A stretch of 63,914 nt of DNA, filler included, from Rhabdomonas costata (GCA_019059605.1; 36 parts of 36 records of this genome joined end to end with filler, not necessarily neighbours in it); one strand, 5' to 3'. Positions 38,221 through 51,976 are shown, counted from the first letter of the whole stretch. Translations and numbers: made by a program. Notes: generated by a model not told the origin, from the letters alone.

Positions 38221-39623
38221 TTCTTGAGGGTGTGCCCTTATCGTTCACCGACCGCAACGCATTCCGATGGTGGCCTCAAATGAGAGTTGCAGGCGTGAAT
38301 GGTGGGCGGTGATGGTGCGCGGGGAGGGGTTATGTCGAGAGTAGGGGGTGAGTTGGAAGTTGTTCACGTTTGAAACGGCAATGCACGGGGGCGTGAGGGC
38401 CCGGAACACGCCACCGGAAAATTCGGAGGAACCCGGCTCCGAACAAGAAGATAAGAGAAAAGGCTCAGGGAGATGGAGTACTCGCTGGGATGCGCATGGC
38501 TGGGATAAAGGAACGGAGAGGGAGAGGTGTGTGAGTGTGTACAAGGTAGCAAGGCACGGTGGGGATACGCACAAAAACGGGGGAAAAACAAAGGTAGCAC
38601 ACAAGGCACGGCAACGCAGTGGGGCACAATAGCACTGATGACTCTGAAAAGAAGAACATGGGATTCACAACAGCTTCGCGATGTGAGCTTCCGCAATAGC
38701 ACCGTTTGGCTTTTTTTGTGATCAGGGACGAAGGGACAGAGGGACAAATTACACCCTTAACGCCCCCCCCCACACAAAATTGAGACACAGGTTTCACTTG
38801 CTTTGTGCTTGGTGTTTCAGAAATGGATGCAGCACAAGCATTCATTGACCTATGTTCCCCACCCTAAATACATGGATTGTCTGAAATCGCACGCATTGAC
38901 ATCCACGCCTCCAGCACAAGCAGGTTTGGTGTCACGAAATGTGCCACGAGGCCTGGAAAAAAGTGTGACTCTGATAATCAATCTACGAGCAGATCGAGGG
39001 AAAATCCGAAAAGTAGGGTCGGGTGTTGCATGGAANNNNNNNNNNNNNNNNNNNNNNNNNNNNNNNNNNNNNNNNNNNNTTAATTAATTAANNNNNNNNN
39101 NNNNNNNNNNNNNNNNNNNNNNNNNNNNNNNNNNNGTGGTTGGGGGGGAGCAAGTGCGCCGACACCGTGGTTTGCGACTTGCTGGGTTCCTCTGCCGCTG
39201 AGGATGTTGCTGGGGACTTCTCACTTCTGAGGTCATGTCAGAATCTCCTTTTGGGTTCGTCGCACATCCTATATGCCTCTTAGGGGTCACGGCTTTACTA
39301 TACAGCCATTTGTCATGCAACTGACTGGAGCACTTGAAATAATTCGAAAGCGAGGTTTCGGCTTGAAACGGCCCGAAACACGTCTATGTTTGGTTGACGA
39401 TGTGTGATGTATAAAAACAGGCCTAACATCAACAAGCGAATCCTCAACACGTGTTAACACGTGGCTTCGCCCTCAGCTGGTGTCCGATGACGCCCTGAGC
39501 TTAACCATGACTGCAACTGTTAGGATTAGTGAGACCACAGTCAAGCGCTGACCGACGGAAAAACTGATCACCCAACCAGGAAAGCAGCGAGCCACAAAAA
39601 GATCGTGACCATCGCTGGGGATC

Positions 39624-39986
39624 CTACTGGGGCGACTCCAATGGAGCAATCCCCAAGGTGTCCGCCGATGACGCAACTGCGGGTGAGTGCCGACGTTTCT
39701 TTCGGACGTCCCCAAAATCAAGTTCCGGAGTCGACGTCGACGACTCCTTGGTGACCTTCTTCTTCTGTCGCACTGGGTTCTTTGGCGGCCGCGCACACGC
39801 CATCGTGGAATCCCGGTGTTCGCGCCGCTGCGGGGACCGTGAGAAGGGCTGCCGGTCGCTGGTAGGTGGAGGATCCCCGGCCTCGCTGTCGCTCTCAATG
39901 GCAGCATTCGTCCACAGCTCCGCCGATGCATCCTCGCAGGCCGAAAGTGCGCAGGCTTCGCGGGAACAACGCCGGCGCTTGGTCAT
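39624..39986 (-). CDS. Possible first exon of a low-complexity basic protein
   Basis: GC-rich open frame from MTKRRR with NLS-like KKKV and RKKRR. No family recognised. Confidence 0.25.
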   Translation of the reverse strand: MTKRRRCSREACALSACEDASAELWTNAAIESDSEAGDPPPTSDRQPFSRSPQRREHRDSTMACARPPKNPVRQKKKVTKESSTSTPELDFGDVRKKRRHSPAVASSADTLGIAPLESPQ

Positions 39987-42767
39987 AGCGGCGGGTGATG
40001 AGTGCGGAAAAGGTACTGAGGAAAAAGAAAACTGGCTATAAATACCACAAAAACAACTTGCACTGTGATGGTGGGCGTACGTTGAGTCGCTTAAATCAAC
40101 AATTCCGACGCCAGGCGCGGCCATATTTAAATGGTCAAGGATACAGGATGTCATGTCAAGTCTCGCTTGTGCAAGATTAACTGTTTCGAAAACCTTCCGA
40201 TCGGTCTACGGCTCCGCAACCGGGGAACCAGCCACCCATAATCTGAGTTGGGTTTTCAAAATGCCGAGTAACACACCACTGCAACATTCGGGCAACACAC
40301 TCCGGACTTGGTTACATCCCTTATCGATCAGAATCAAAATAGAACGTGAGCAGCTGCATAATGATGCCAATGGCTGAGCTGAGCGGCTACACGGTTGCGA
40401 GGTTGGGGCGGAAAAGATCCCTCGAAATTACTCGGCCGAACGGAAGTCCAAGGGGTTCAAGCCTCAAGTTCTAGGAAAACCAAGCGAAAATAACACCACA
40501 AAAGCAAGCGTGCCAACGGCTACGGGAAGTGAGCACCAAGCACAACTGACATATGGAAGGAAATCCGACCTTCCCCGATCTGAATCGCTCATCAACCGAT
40601 CCCAAAACAGCCACAGCACCATAGCAAAAGCACCGCATTCTCATTTTACCTCCCTTCACTGGCAGCTTTCGCTCTCGGCAGGAAAAGTCAAGGAAACGGA
40701 AAAGGTGAGAAGGGGGAGATGGACCCCGTGGAGGGCCGATGAGACGAGGAAGGCTAATTCTCTCAACAGACGCCACCGAATCAGAGGAACTTCCGCAACA
40801 CCCCCCACACCNNNNNNNNNNNNNNNNNNNNNNNNNNNNNNNNNNNNNNNNNNNNTTAATTAATTAANNNNNNNNNNNNNNNNNNNNNNNNNNNNNNNNN
40901 NNNNNNNNNNNGAGAAAAACTGTGTAACCCTCATGTGTTATAAACCCGGTTTCAACACACGGACTTTTTTGAGCCAGTACTAAGAACCCATCGCAGGACG
41001 AACAACACACACTTCTATTTTTAAAGTCACACGAGTTGCACAAATACCTAAGTCGCTTCTTGGTTTCTTTTCCCGCCTGATTCAAGTCAAGCAACTAGTC
41101 CAGCACTGCAAAGGGAGACAGTATGCAAGCAAAAGACAGACACGCATCTTTCGAGGTTCCATGATCTGCCTTGTGCTGCAGAACGTCCCTTTGGCTCTTA
41201 CCCCGTTCCGCTGGAGCTCGTGCTTGAAGAGGGACCGTTCACACCCACCTCTCACTTTTTGAAGATGAAGTGAGTTCAAACGGAATCGTCATAAGGAACA
41301 TACATCCCTTTCATGCTGTTCCACGCCTGGACTGGATCCTTTCAACTTATCACGTCTCACGGCTTTTCTCTTTCGCTACTAGCTGGTAGCGTCTCTCCTG
41401 ATTGGTTTCATGGTCATGTCCCATCCTTGTGGAAGAATTGAAGGTGGGAGGCCAGAAGTAAAACAGTAAAAGTCTTACCTCCTGAAAAAAATCACAACAC
41501 CAAAGACAAATTTAAACCTGCAATTCTCTCGTCTTGTCGATCGGTTGCAATTCCCCGCATGCTTCCGCTTGTTCTCGCAGCGCGCCAGTATTCAAATGAA
41601 ATGAAAATTGAAACGACCTACCATGAACAAAAGTACTTGCAGTATAGGGTCAGCACCAGCGTTTACAAGAAGAAACGCAAGGAAAACCAGCGATGATTTG
41701 CACGAAAAGCTGAATGAATACAACTACACGTGCTGGGTGGAGTCACCGAAGAAATTTACAGGAAGGAACGCGAGAAGAAATAGAACGGTAAACCAGTGCG
41801 AATGAAACAAAACAAGGGCACTTTGTACAGTTCTAAACTGAAATTTACAAGTCAGAAAAACCGACACAACAAACCAGGGTGGGAAATTAAAACGAAGGCG
41901 GGAAATTGCAGTTGCAAGTGAGGGTTTACCTTGAAATATGAAGGGTACTTCTTTGACTTCTCTTCAGCACCTTCATGCGCGTCCATGTCCAGGCTCGGCG
42001 AGCCACTCGGAGACGACAAAGCGTTCTACGCAGTGGTGGCCCAGCTCGCGTTGTGTTTTTCCAAGTCTTGCTTTTGGTTTTTCCAATGGGAGTGTGGATC
42101 AGGTCCCTGGGTTGGCCGTCGTTCGCCCGAAACGACGAAAATCAAGTCGCATCACATTTGATTTTGCTTTTACTGTGCTGGACCCATCCGATTTCCGAAG
42201 AAATCGAACACCGCCACCGCGTGACGCATAATTCGACTGTCAGAGCCTCACCACCACGCTGGCAAGCGTTTTAGGCGCTCGTGTCGTGCCACTGGTGTTG
42301 CGCGCGAGCAGGTCATGGCGTCGTCTCCGTTTTTCTTGCAACATTTCCCAGACACGCAACGGAAGCAATGGGGTGAGGATTGATGGCATGTTGGGAATTC
42401 CTAGGAGAAGCTGAAACTCACCAGGTTCTGAGAAATATGTCATTTGGCATGGCATTTCGGTTTGGAAACTCACAAACGCGCGAGGTCAAAAACAAGGCGA
42501 AACACTGCAAATCCGGTCATGGGTGCTTTGCGACAAAAAAAACTTGGAAGGCTGTGCGAAGAATAATGTTGAAAGTGCTAAATTCAGNNNNNNNNNNNNN
42601 NNNNNNNNNNNNNNNNNNNNNNNNNNNNNNNTTAATTAATTAANNNNNNNNNNNNNNNNNNNNNNNNNNNNNNNNNNNNNNNNNNNNCAACTGCAAAAAC
42701 GCTGGTGCCAGGGGTTGTTTTGAATACACAATACTCACAATGTCAAGCGACTTGCTCTCTTGTATAG

Positions 42768-43234
42768 TTCGGGGGAGACTCCACCTCTTTCGCAGGAGTC
42801 TCCCTTGGACAAGGACTTCCGAGAGCTCGACGCGCAACTCCGCCGGGAGGGGCTGTACAGCGCGTCGAAGCTGTGGTTTGCGTACAAGTCGGTGACCACC
42901 GTTGGCCTGGGCTTCGTCGCACTCTACCTCACAGCGGTTCTGCACCAGACTGTCCTGGGGGCCCTTGTCCTGGGACTGATGTTTCAGCAGGTTCCACTTT
43001 AGTTGCTTGCTTCTTTTTTCGTGTGTGTACATGTGTGTGTGACTCTCAAACTAATGCCTTTGCTTCCGTGAACCGCGCAATTGTCACGTAATTTCGTCAC
43101 CATTCGTTCCGCTCATTCCGTTCTGTGGCGTTGCCACGGTTGCGCTATGTTGATTTTGTGTCGCGACTTTGGTGATCCATCATCCTTTCGTTCTTTAGTT
43201 CGGATGGCTCGCCCACGACTGCTGCCACCAGCAG
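42768..43234 (+). CDS. Front-end (cytochrome b5 fusion, delta-5/6/8 type) fatty acid desaturase, partial (exons 42768-42990, 43199-43234)
   Basis: ..DKDFRELDAQLRREGLYSASKLWFAYKSVTT..GALVLGLMFQQ|FGWLAHDCCHQQ has the first His box (GWLxHDxxH) and the upstream DFR.L....G....S.LW..YK pattern. Confidence 0.92.
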
Positions 43235-43829
43235 GTTTGCCCCTTCTTCGTCATTTGGTTGAGACTATTCGGAAACTATTTATGGGGCCAAGTCTCAGAG
43301 TCTAAGTGCATCTGTGCTGTGAGAGTGAGAGTATCAGCTCAGGGGACTCGCAGTGGTACCGTAATGGAACTGGATAACCATATTGAGCATGTTTGTTCAG
43401 ACGGCTAAGAACCGTATGCCCTGCATGCGAGAGGTCAGGGGGGTCCAGCCAAGGGTGAAAAGACTGACGATTTTCGGGAGATCTTGCATTCCCAAAGAAC
43501 TGAGGCTTCGGGTTTGCACCAATATTGATTTTTTTTGTGCGCTCGTGCGAACTCTGATAAAATAACTTCACGGCAGCTCGATGTATTTCAATAGACAGGC
43601 AATTCACTAGAAGGAACGTGAGAAGATTTTGAGAGGAGGGGATTTGAGGGGAGATTTGATTCATGGGTTGGCCCGGGACCCGTGGGGCAGAAGGGAGGTT
43701 ACCAGATGTGGAACGTTTGGTGGTGAGCCGTTTTCGGTTCCCCACGGCACCGTTCGCTCCACGGCACCTCTCGCGAGCACCCGTGGCCAACAGCGGGTAC
43801 GCCAGTCAGTCCCCAGTGGTCACCACCAA

Positions 43830-44366
43830 CCAGTCAGCGAGGTATTTCGCCATCTCCTTCTGGTACCACCGCTTGCACGATTATCGACGAGTAAGACCAA
43901 AGCCTTGTGTGCCTTCTGGATCACGCGGCGAAGGTGCGGGTACCCAGAGGGGTTCTCCGGTACAAAGCCAGGGCTTTGCAGCTTCTCGGCCCAGTTCCTC
44001 CTGCAGTGCTCGTAGACGGCATCCGCCCACTTTTCCAGGGAGTAGTACCGGTCGGCTCGAGCACCACAGGCGGCAGTACTCCCCAAGAGCTGTGCACAGG
44101 CTCAGAAAGACGTCTTCCATGTCGGCCCTCCTGGTTCACCTGGCCTCAACAGAGCCAGAGCCGAGTGGCACGCGCAATCCTCCAGCGTGTCATGGAGTGC
44201 GTCCTCACTTTCAGTTCTAGAGCCGCCTTCGCGGAGTTACACAGCAGCGCCTGAATCTGAGGCTGGAACTTGTTCACGACCATGATTGCTCCGATTGGGC
44301 GGCGAGCGAGGCCCAGTCGGAAGCCGCGTCGAGGGCCTGGGTAATGGTGACCAGCACCACCCCACC
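43830..44366 (-). mobile_element. Degenerate fragment resembling the region upstream of a Penelope-like element reverse transcriptase
   Basis: Frameshifted pieces IMVVNKFQPQIQALLCNSAKAALEL..DCACH, LEKWADAVYEHC..HKALVLLVD and CKRWYQKEMAKYL recall the PLE pattern V...DK..NN....CK.YY....EL. Recognised from memory only. Confidence 0.45.
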
Positions 44367-45945
44367 NNNNNNNNNNNNNNNNNNNNNNNNNNNNNNNNNN
44401 NNNNNNNNNNTTAATTAATTAANNNNNNNNNNNNNNNNNNNNNNNNNNNNNNNNNNNNNNNNNNNNTGTTTTGTTTGTCGACATTTCGACGCTGGGTCTG
44501 CCGCTCCCCACACAAAGCGTGGCATTTTGTACCGCCTCACAGTCTTTTTGATGGGAAAGTTCTCTGAACGGTTTACCCTCTGTTCTGTTCTGTTCTGTAC
44601 AGAACAGAGGATAAACTTTAACTTTAACCTTTGTTCCGGGAGCTACCCAGGGAAAGTGCTTGGAGTCCTTTTCTCCAACTTTGTCCTCGTACACTTGATG
44701 GCAGTTCCCGGACTTGCACCGTTACTTCGGCAACCGACACCCGGTTCCCACACAATCACAGCCAGAGTTCCTGTGGGTGCATATCAAGCCTGCCCCGCTC
44801 GTCCCCTCAGAACAGGAGACCTCTCAAGTCCGCAATCAGGCCAACTTCCGTGGTGGTATTGGGGGGAAATTAAGGCAGAAACGGAACACGACGCAGTGGG
44901 AAGTGTTTTCAGGGAGGGATCAAGGAAAATTTTTTAAACCGGACACAGAACCCACCCTGAAAAAGGAGCAAAGCGCCCGCCGCAACGGGGGACACACCAT
45001 GACGTGCACAAACTGCACTCCATAATAGCACGGGAAGGCCTGCGCCTGCGTCACCCCCACCGCGGCCACCCTTAGCTCCACCCCAGCGCGCAGCAGCTCC
45101 GGCACCACAGCGGACGCCCTGCCACTGTAGCAGCAGCCCTCGTCACAGCAGTAGCAGCAACAGCTTCTTCTTCTGCTGCTGCAGTCCCACTGTTCCCAGC
45201 AAGGGGCGGGGTGATTGCTAGAAGAAGGTTCTGGGGCAGAGGCACTGGGCTTCTTCTTGGGTGGGGTTCGTCCCCGCATTGCCGCAGGCGCAGGCGAAGA
45301 AGAACACCACAACCCTAATGGAAACAAGGAATGCGGAAGTTGCCTGTCACCCGAGGGGGGGTAGGTGTTATATTTTGCACCCTTTCCCTAAAGGGACTGT
45401 GACAATAAAACTTAGTTGAAGCATGTGAAGTCTCGGTGCAATGCCCGCGAGGTTTGCACACTGAAAAAGGCAGAAACGTGAAAAACACTCCACCTGAGGG
45501 GGTCTGCTGTGCAGGGACCACCCCTGCGGCAGTGGCTGGGTGAAGGTAGGGATGGTGCTTGAGGATCAGGGTGTGAAGCTGCTGAGGCAACACCCCTTGG
45601 TACACTGAGGCGTCGATCTGAAGGCAACACAAAACCCACAGCCCAAGGCAGCAGAAAATCCCAAATCCTACTATCTTGCTGCGCGGGGCCACCGCAGAAC
45701 CAGCTTTGTGGATACTTCCTCAACATGGCTTCGTCATGTTATTGGTGGGTTCCCGGCCTCCCAACTGACAAACTTCGGCTCCAGCAGGGATGATAACTAT
45801 CTGGGTGCCTCGGCAAAGGTCCCGATAAAACCCACTGCACCACAAACCGCGTTGTGACGGGCGTCCTGCTTCTCCGCGTAGTGTTGTTAGCCTTTCCTCA
45901 CACCACACACAGACCGAAATCTGCTCGTGTCAGTCTCAACAAAAC

Positions 45946-46137
45946 CTGGCAAACGTCACTGTGGGCTGGCTCAGTGAGGGCGGGGTTGCCAGCACCCCAG
46001 AGCATCCTCAGCCGCGCGGGCACCGCTGTGCCCGGGGGTACAATCTGCCGCAGGAGATTTCGCCTCAGGTCGAGCTCCACCAGCTCCGGCAGAACCTCAA
46101 GCCCTCCTTTGAACGATATCTGTGTTCCCGTGCAGAG
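45946..46137 (-). CDS. Leucine-rich repeat protein exon (a possible further exon near 45500-45617)
   Basis: GLEVLPELVELDLRRNLLRQI..RLRMLWGAGNP fits LxxLxLxxNxL followed by an LxxLxxxGNP cap. Confidence 0.6.
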
Positions 46138-46319
46138 NNNNNNNNNNNNNNNNNNNNNNNNNNNNNNNNNNNNNNNNNNNNTTAATTAATTAANNNNNNN
46201 NNNNNNNNNNNNNNNNNNNNNNNNNNNNNNNNNNNNNGTGGGTTGGTGGCTGTAGAGGGAGAAGAAGTTGGAGGAGAAGGACAACAAGCGTGTGAGAGGG
46301 CGTGAGGGAAAGCCTGTCG

Positions 46320-46770
46320 GGGACCACCGCGCAACCCAGCTGCCGCCCCACTGCTTTGGCGACTCGGCACTCGGCACCAAAGGTCCGAGTACACCAGGCG
46401 GCCGGAGCCTGGGTGCCGCGAGCGGTATGCCCGGAAAAGCTTCCGCAAGAAGCCCGAGGAGGACGGGCCCCACCCTCCTGTGGTCTCCCCGACCACCGAG
46501 GCGAAGCGCACGCCGGCCCTGTGGCAGCGGACGAGGTACTGCTCGTCCTTCTGTTGCTCTCGGCGAGCGGCCACTGCCCCGCAGTCCTTACCAAAGTCCG
46601 CCTGCAGCTGCAGGGGATGCACCACGGATGCGTCCACGGCCATGTCCACCCCGCGGTCGAACCCGAGGATGAGGAAGTCCCCGGGCCTCTGTCTGGACTG
46701 ATCAACGCCTTGTTCCCGAAGGCAGGTGAAGCCCGCCGCTTCACCCACTTCACCCAAGCTCGCTCCACAG
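46320..46770 (-). mobile_element. 5'-truncated non-LTR retrotransposon 3' end with restriction-like endonuclease (CRE/R2-superclade type)
   Basis: AGF...E..RPGDFLI..DMAVDASVVHP..AARREQQKDEQY...C...GVRFASVVGETTGGWG follows the RLE motif order RPxD / D / K..Y / F..V.ET.GGW. There is a frameshift near the C-terminus (LWCRV / VAKAVGRQL). Confidence 0.85.
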
Positions 46771-46866
46771 AAAACGTCAAAAAATAGGCTCTTGTTCACC
46801 TTGTCTCCTTCCTTCACGACAGACGGTCACTCGGTCAGCGTTGCAAGGGACTTGCTTTCCTCACAG

Positions 46867-47907
<1,041 letters not shown>

Positions 47908-48619
47908 TAGGAACANNNNNNNNNNNNNNNNNNNNNNNNNNNNNNNNNNNNNNNNNNNNTTAATTAATTAANNNNNNNNNNNNNNNNNNNNNNNNNNNNN
48001 NNNNNNNNNNNNNNNTTTGTGGGGTGACAACTACATTCCAATGAAACTTTCAGCGTGAAACTTTCATTGAAACTTTCAGTGTTATTTATGTATATGTTTA
48101 TGTTTTAGACTTTCTATGGAACTTTCATCCAATATTTTCTTCTTCGTGTTTTCTCGCAAAAGATGAAACCCAAGGTCCTCTCTGGGACCTTTTCTTAGTC
48201 AAAGGAAAAGGGTGAAAGGGAAATTGGTTCAGTGGTCCAATTAGTTCTACCAAGACACAGAAACGAAAGGAGGAAAGTTTTTTAGTTTGCGGTATTTTTG
48301 AGCGAAAGAGAGAGAGAATTGTACCTGGAACGAAGGAGGCGAGCAGGGCGTGCATTTTTTCGCAAGTGCTGGCATCTAACGTTTTAAAACGGTTTTCAGC
48401 CAAGGCTGCAGACAACCAGCCAACCATTCAGGGCGTGCTCGTATGCCTGTTGAACCGCAGCTACACCGGAACACACAAAATCAGGGTAATGAAAGAGGTG
48501 TGCTGTGGAGGGACGGAGTATGTGCGAAACATTAGATTCTCTTTGCTTAAATCTCATTGTGAGGTCAAAATGAGTAACAGGATGGAAGAAAGTTGAGTCC
48601 TACAATGGTTTTTGTTCAG

Positions 48620-49108
48620 GTGTCATAGAAAATGAAGCTCCTGAATGCATTCGCACAGCCACAGCCGAAAGGGGGTTGGCTTCAGGCTATGACCAAAGCC
48701 GCCATGCCGAGATTGGGAAGAAGGTGTTCCGGCTGAACCGTATTGAAGAAGCGTTCACCAGCGAGAATTGGCTGGTATGAACAAAATTGGTGATGATGCT
48801 GTTGGGTGTTTCTTTTTCTGCGCAGCGGTTATTCAGGGAAGCATGGCCTCGTTCGAAGTTCACAGTTATGGTTGGGTGGGGAGGGGAGGGGGCGTATTGT
48901 GCGCGTTAAACGGGAGTTGGAGGTCTAACAGCAGGGGCTAGTGGAAGGCCAGGATGTGCACTGCCATTACGGCGTTTTCTGTACTGCTTCAACGCCTTCT
49001 GGTTGATAAGTGGTTCCTAGTCTCCCTGTGCCAGGTGTTGGTTTTGTCTTCCTGCAGGTCCGGATTTACAAGGTGAATCCTGAGCCCAACCACGTTGGAG
49101 GGCCGTAA
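48620..49108 (+). CDS. STT3: Oligosaccharyltransferase catalytic subunit STT3, last two exons (about 48620-48774, 49058-49108)
   Basis: GYDQSRHAEIGKKVFRLNRIEEAFTSENWL|VRIYKVNPEPNHVGGP* matches the STT3 C-terminus G.D..R..EIG.K......EEA.T.E.WLVRIYKV. The acceptor of the first exon is ambiguous. Confidence 0.9.
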
Positions 49109-50171
49109 GGGGGTTGGGGCACGAGAACGATTGGTGCCAGTCGCCTGTTTTATTTGTGAAGTTCCCCTCTCCTCCCCCGGTTCCTCTACCAAGAACAGCA
49201 CTCATGGACTTTTCCTGCTTCAGATCTGGGGAGCCACGTCTGAGGAAACACCGAACGGCTGCCCTGTTCTGGGCGGTTGCTTATGAGTTGCAAGGCTGAC
49301 CTTCTGCACGTTCTGGCCGGCTGGATTTCCGATCCGTAACCTTTTCGAATGCTCGGCACATCCTCGTCTTCTCCTTCAAAACCGCACATCTTGACCCTTT
49401 GTGTCTCCAGAATGTTAACGGGAAAGGGTAACGGGGAGCAGAACGCAGCTCATTTCGACACCTGGTTCGACGACACAACGGAAGTTTTGCGCATACTCCC
49501 TCCCTCCACAGTACACCTCTTTCATTACCCTTATTTTTTGTGCTCCGGAAATAACGGCCCAAAACTGCAACGCCTGTTTTTCTCAGGAGGATCGCCTTTC
49601 TTTCTGGAGCGTGCTATTTCCGTTTTGCTTTTGTTCTCCTCACCCCTCTTCCCTCCTTATCCGCAACCTTTTGCATACTTACCACCAACCAACNNNNNNN
49701 NNNNNNNNNNNNNNNNNNNNNNNNNNNNNNNNNNNNNTTAATTAATTAANNNNNNNNNNNNNNNNNNNNNNNNNNNNNNNNNNNNNNNNNNNNCGAAGAA
49801 AACCCAGCGTTGTGGACGTGCAAAGATATTGTCTGTTGGGTAGCTTCGCTAGAGCTGTACCGGCAACACAGCTCATCTCTCCACAATTGAAGAAGGGACT
49901 GTCAAAAAAGGAACTGTTTGGGGGTTCATTTCTTACTTTCACTCACTTCCCAGTGCGTCTTCCCGCATACAACTTTCAGGTAGCATAAGTGCCTTGTACC
50001 ACTCATTGTGAAGAAAGCTCAGGGGACAATGCGACACCCGCTGACTGTCCCTAAGTCAAAGAATAAAACCCACTGACAGTTTTCGCAACGGCAGTCCGAA
50101 TAGCCAGCAACGGAGGGAAGCCCCAACGCCGCTTCTCTATGAAGATCGTTATCCCGCGTCACTCTTCCTAG

Positions 50172-51018
50172 GACGCTTCTGGGCTTGTGCCCTTGGCCGT
50201 GGCCATGGCTGCCCACAACGACTCCGCCTGTGCAGTGCTTGCCCGGCACACTTTTGCTGCGGAGGCAATGTCCCCGAATGACGTCTTCGACGAAGCGACG
50301 GCATCGACGATGCTCCACCATGCCGCTCATAACGACATGGCCGAGTTTGTCACTGTTTTGGTGGAAAATGGGGCGAATGTTACTGTAAAGGTGTGCTGTG
50401 CTTCCTGGAGTGCGGCGGGAAGGCCGTGCGCAAGCTGCATTTTGAGCATGTTTGTGTGATGAGTACAGACTAGGCCTGCAAGGTGCTAATGAAGTGTTCT
50501 GAGAGGATGAGAGGGCACCTACCTCTGACTCGGCTACCATCGTTGATGCCAGTGCGCTGGTCGCCCTAATGTGGCAGCCTATTATATGAATTGCATTCCT
50601 CGTTGGATTTTTGCTTCCCACCTCAAGCCGTAGTCTTCTCGCTTCCCCTTACAAACCCACCTCCTTTATGCGATTGTTTGAGGAGTGAAGGCAGTTTCGA
50701 GGGAAAACTCGGGAAGACTGCCATATTGACCTTTGTTTGTTTTTCTGTTTTGCTTCCCCTTACAAACATTTCTATTCCATTCCTGCACATGGCTCTAAGG
50801 ACGCCTCTGGACGTGTACCCCTGGCCGTGGGATTGGCGCACTTCTCCGACTCCGCCTGTGCATTGCTGGCCGGGCCCACATTCTCGGCGGAGGCGATGGC
50901 CCCGAGCGATGTGCTGGACCCCTCCACGGCCTCCACGCTGCTCCACCACTCTGCCGAGCACGACATGCACCGCACCACCACCGCCCTCCTGGAGCACAAG
51001 GCCGATGTCAGCGCGAAG
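50172..51018 (+). CDS. Ankyrin-repeat protein, two paralogous 219-nt exons (50172-50390, 50800-51018)
   Basis: Each exon encodes D.SG.VPLAV..DSAC..LA....T(M/L)LHH.A..DM......L.E..A.V..K (two ankyrin-like repeats). Both are AG/GT bounded, phase 0-0. Confidence 0.82.
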
Positions 51019-51699
51019 GTGTGGTTTCGTGATAATGGGGTTTGGCGGGTTTGTAGACTCAATTGACTCAACTTTGGTTTCGGTGCAAAGCTCATTTTTC
51101 TGAAGAACGGCGAGAGCTTCGAACTTCCTCTTGCAAAACGTGCAAAGCACCAGAAAGCCATCAGTCCCTTTAGTCCTGGGGAAAATTCTACACGGAGTCA
51201 CAACGCGCGGTACAATGATTACGTGCGGCAATGGGGTGATGTGATTCTGGATAGGCATGCACCTCTGTGTGTTTCCGGGCGTATGCCTGCAGCAGAGCAA
51301 TCCAACAGAGACGCAATGCCTTTGCGCAAGTTGTCCTCGCCGCTTCCTGTCCAGAGAGATTTCTTTGTGTTCTTTCTTACGTTCTTATTGCCACAGTTTT
51401 CTAGTTCTGTCCCGTGTTTGCGTTTTCATTCAATGTACCCCTCAATGGGCCTATGCAATCTTCACCAACCCCNNNNNNNNNNNNNNNNNNNNNNNNNNNN
51501 NNNNNNNNNNNNNNNNTTAATTAATTAANNNNNNNNNNNNNNNNNNNNNNNNNNNNNNNNNNNNNNNNNNNNGGTGGGGTGTGAGAAGTGAGAGATGCAG
51601 ATACAGATACCCTGATACCACTGACATGGGGTGATAATGAGTGATGTGTTCTTGGGGGGCCTTTTGTTTTTTGCTGGTCGTATACTCGTCACTGCGTTC

Positions 51700-51976
51700 T
51701 GTGATGGTTCGTTCGTTCCCCGCTGCGCGGTCCACTCACTCACCGACATACCCCACTCGCTATACGCTCGTGGGGCCCCCGAGATGTCTTTGATGGTCGC
51801 ATACTCCCTTCGGTCGTATGCTCCCTAAATGTGATGGTTCGTTCGTTCCCCGCTATGCGGTCCACTCACTCACGTATGTCTCATGAAGGGATATGCTTGA
51901 TGTCTGGATGTCATCTCGCTATGCTCGATGTCATCCCTCCTTCTATCCCCACTCGCTGATGGCTCGTGGGGCCCCC
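51700..51976. repeat. Local imperfect direct repeats (44-bp unit at 51700 and 51830; CCCACTCGCT..GCTCGTGGGGCCCC near 51751 and 51947)
   Basis: TGTGATGGTTCGTTCGTTCCCCGCT(GC/AT)GCGGTCCACTCACTCAC occurs twice. Confidence 0.85.

Noticed and set aside
40425..40470. A-box/B-box-like motifs suggesting a tRNA or SINE
   Set aside because: The boxes are too close together and there is no cloverleaf. Isolated GTTCGA motifs near 38120 and 63045 also lack tRNA structure.
48461..48485. Extra STT3 micro-exon
   Set aside because: It is AG/GT bounded, but its frame and phase could not be reconciled unambiguously with the downstream exon.
51700..51873. 44-bp direct repeat as a CRISPR array
   Set aside because: Only two copies, eukaryotic context, and no cas genes.
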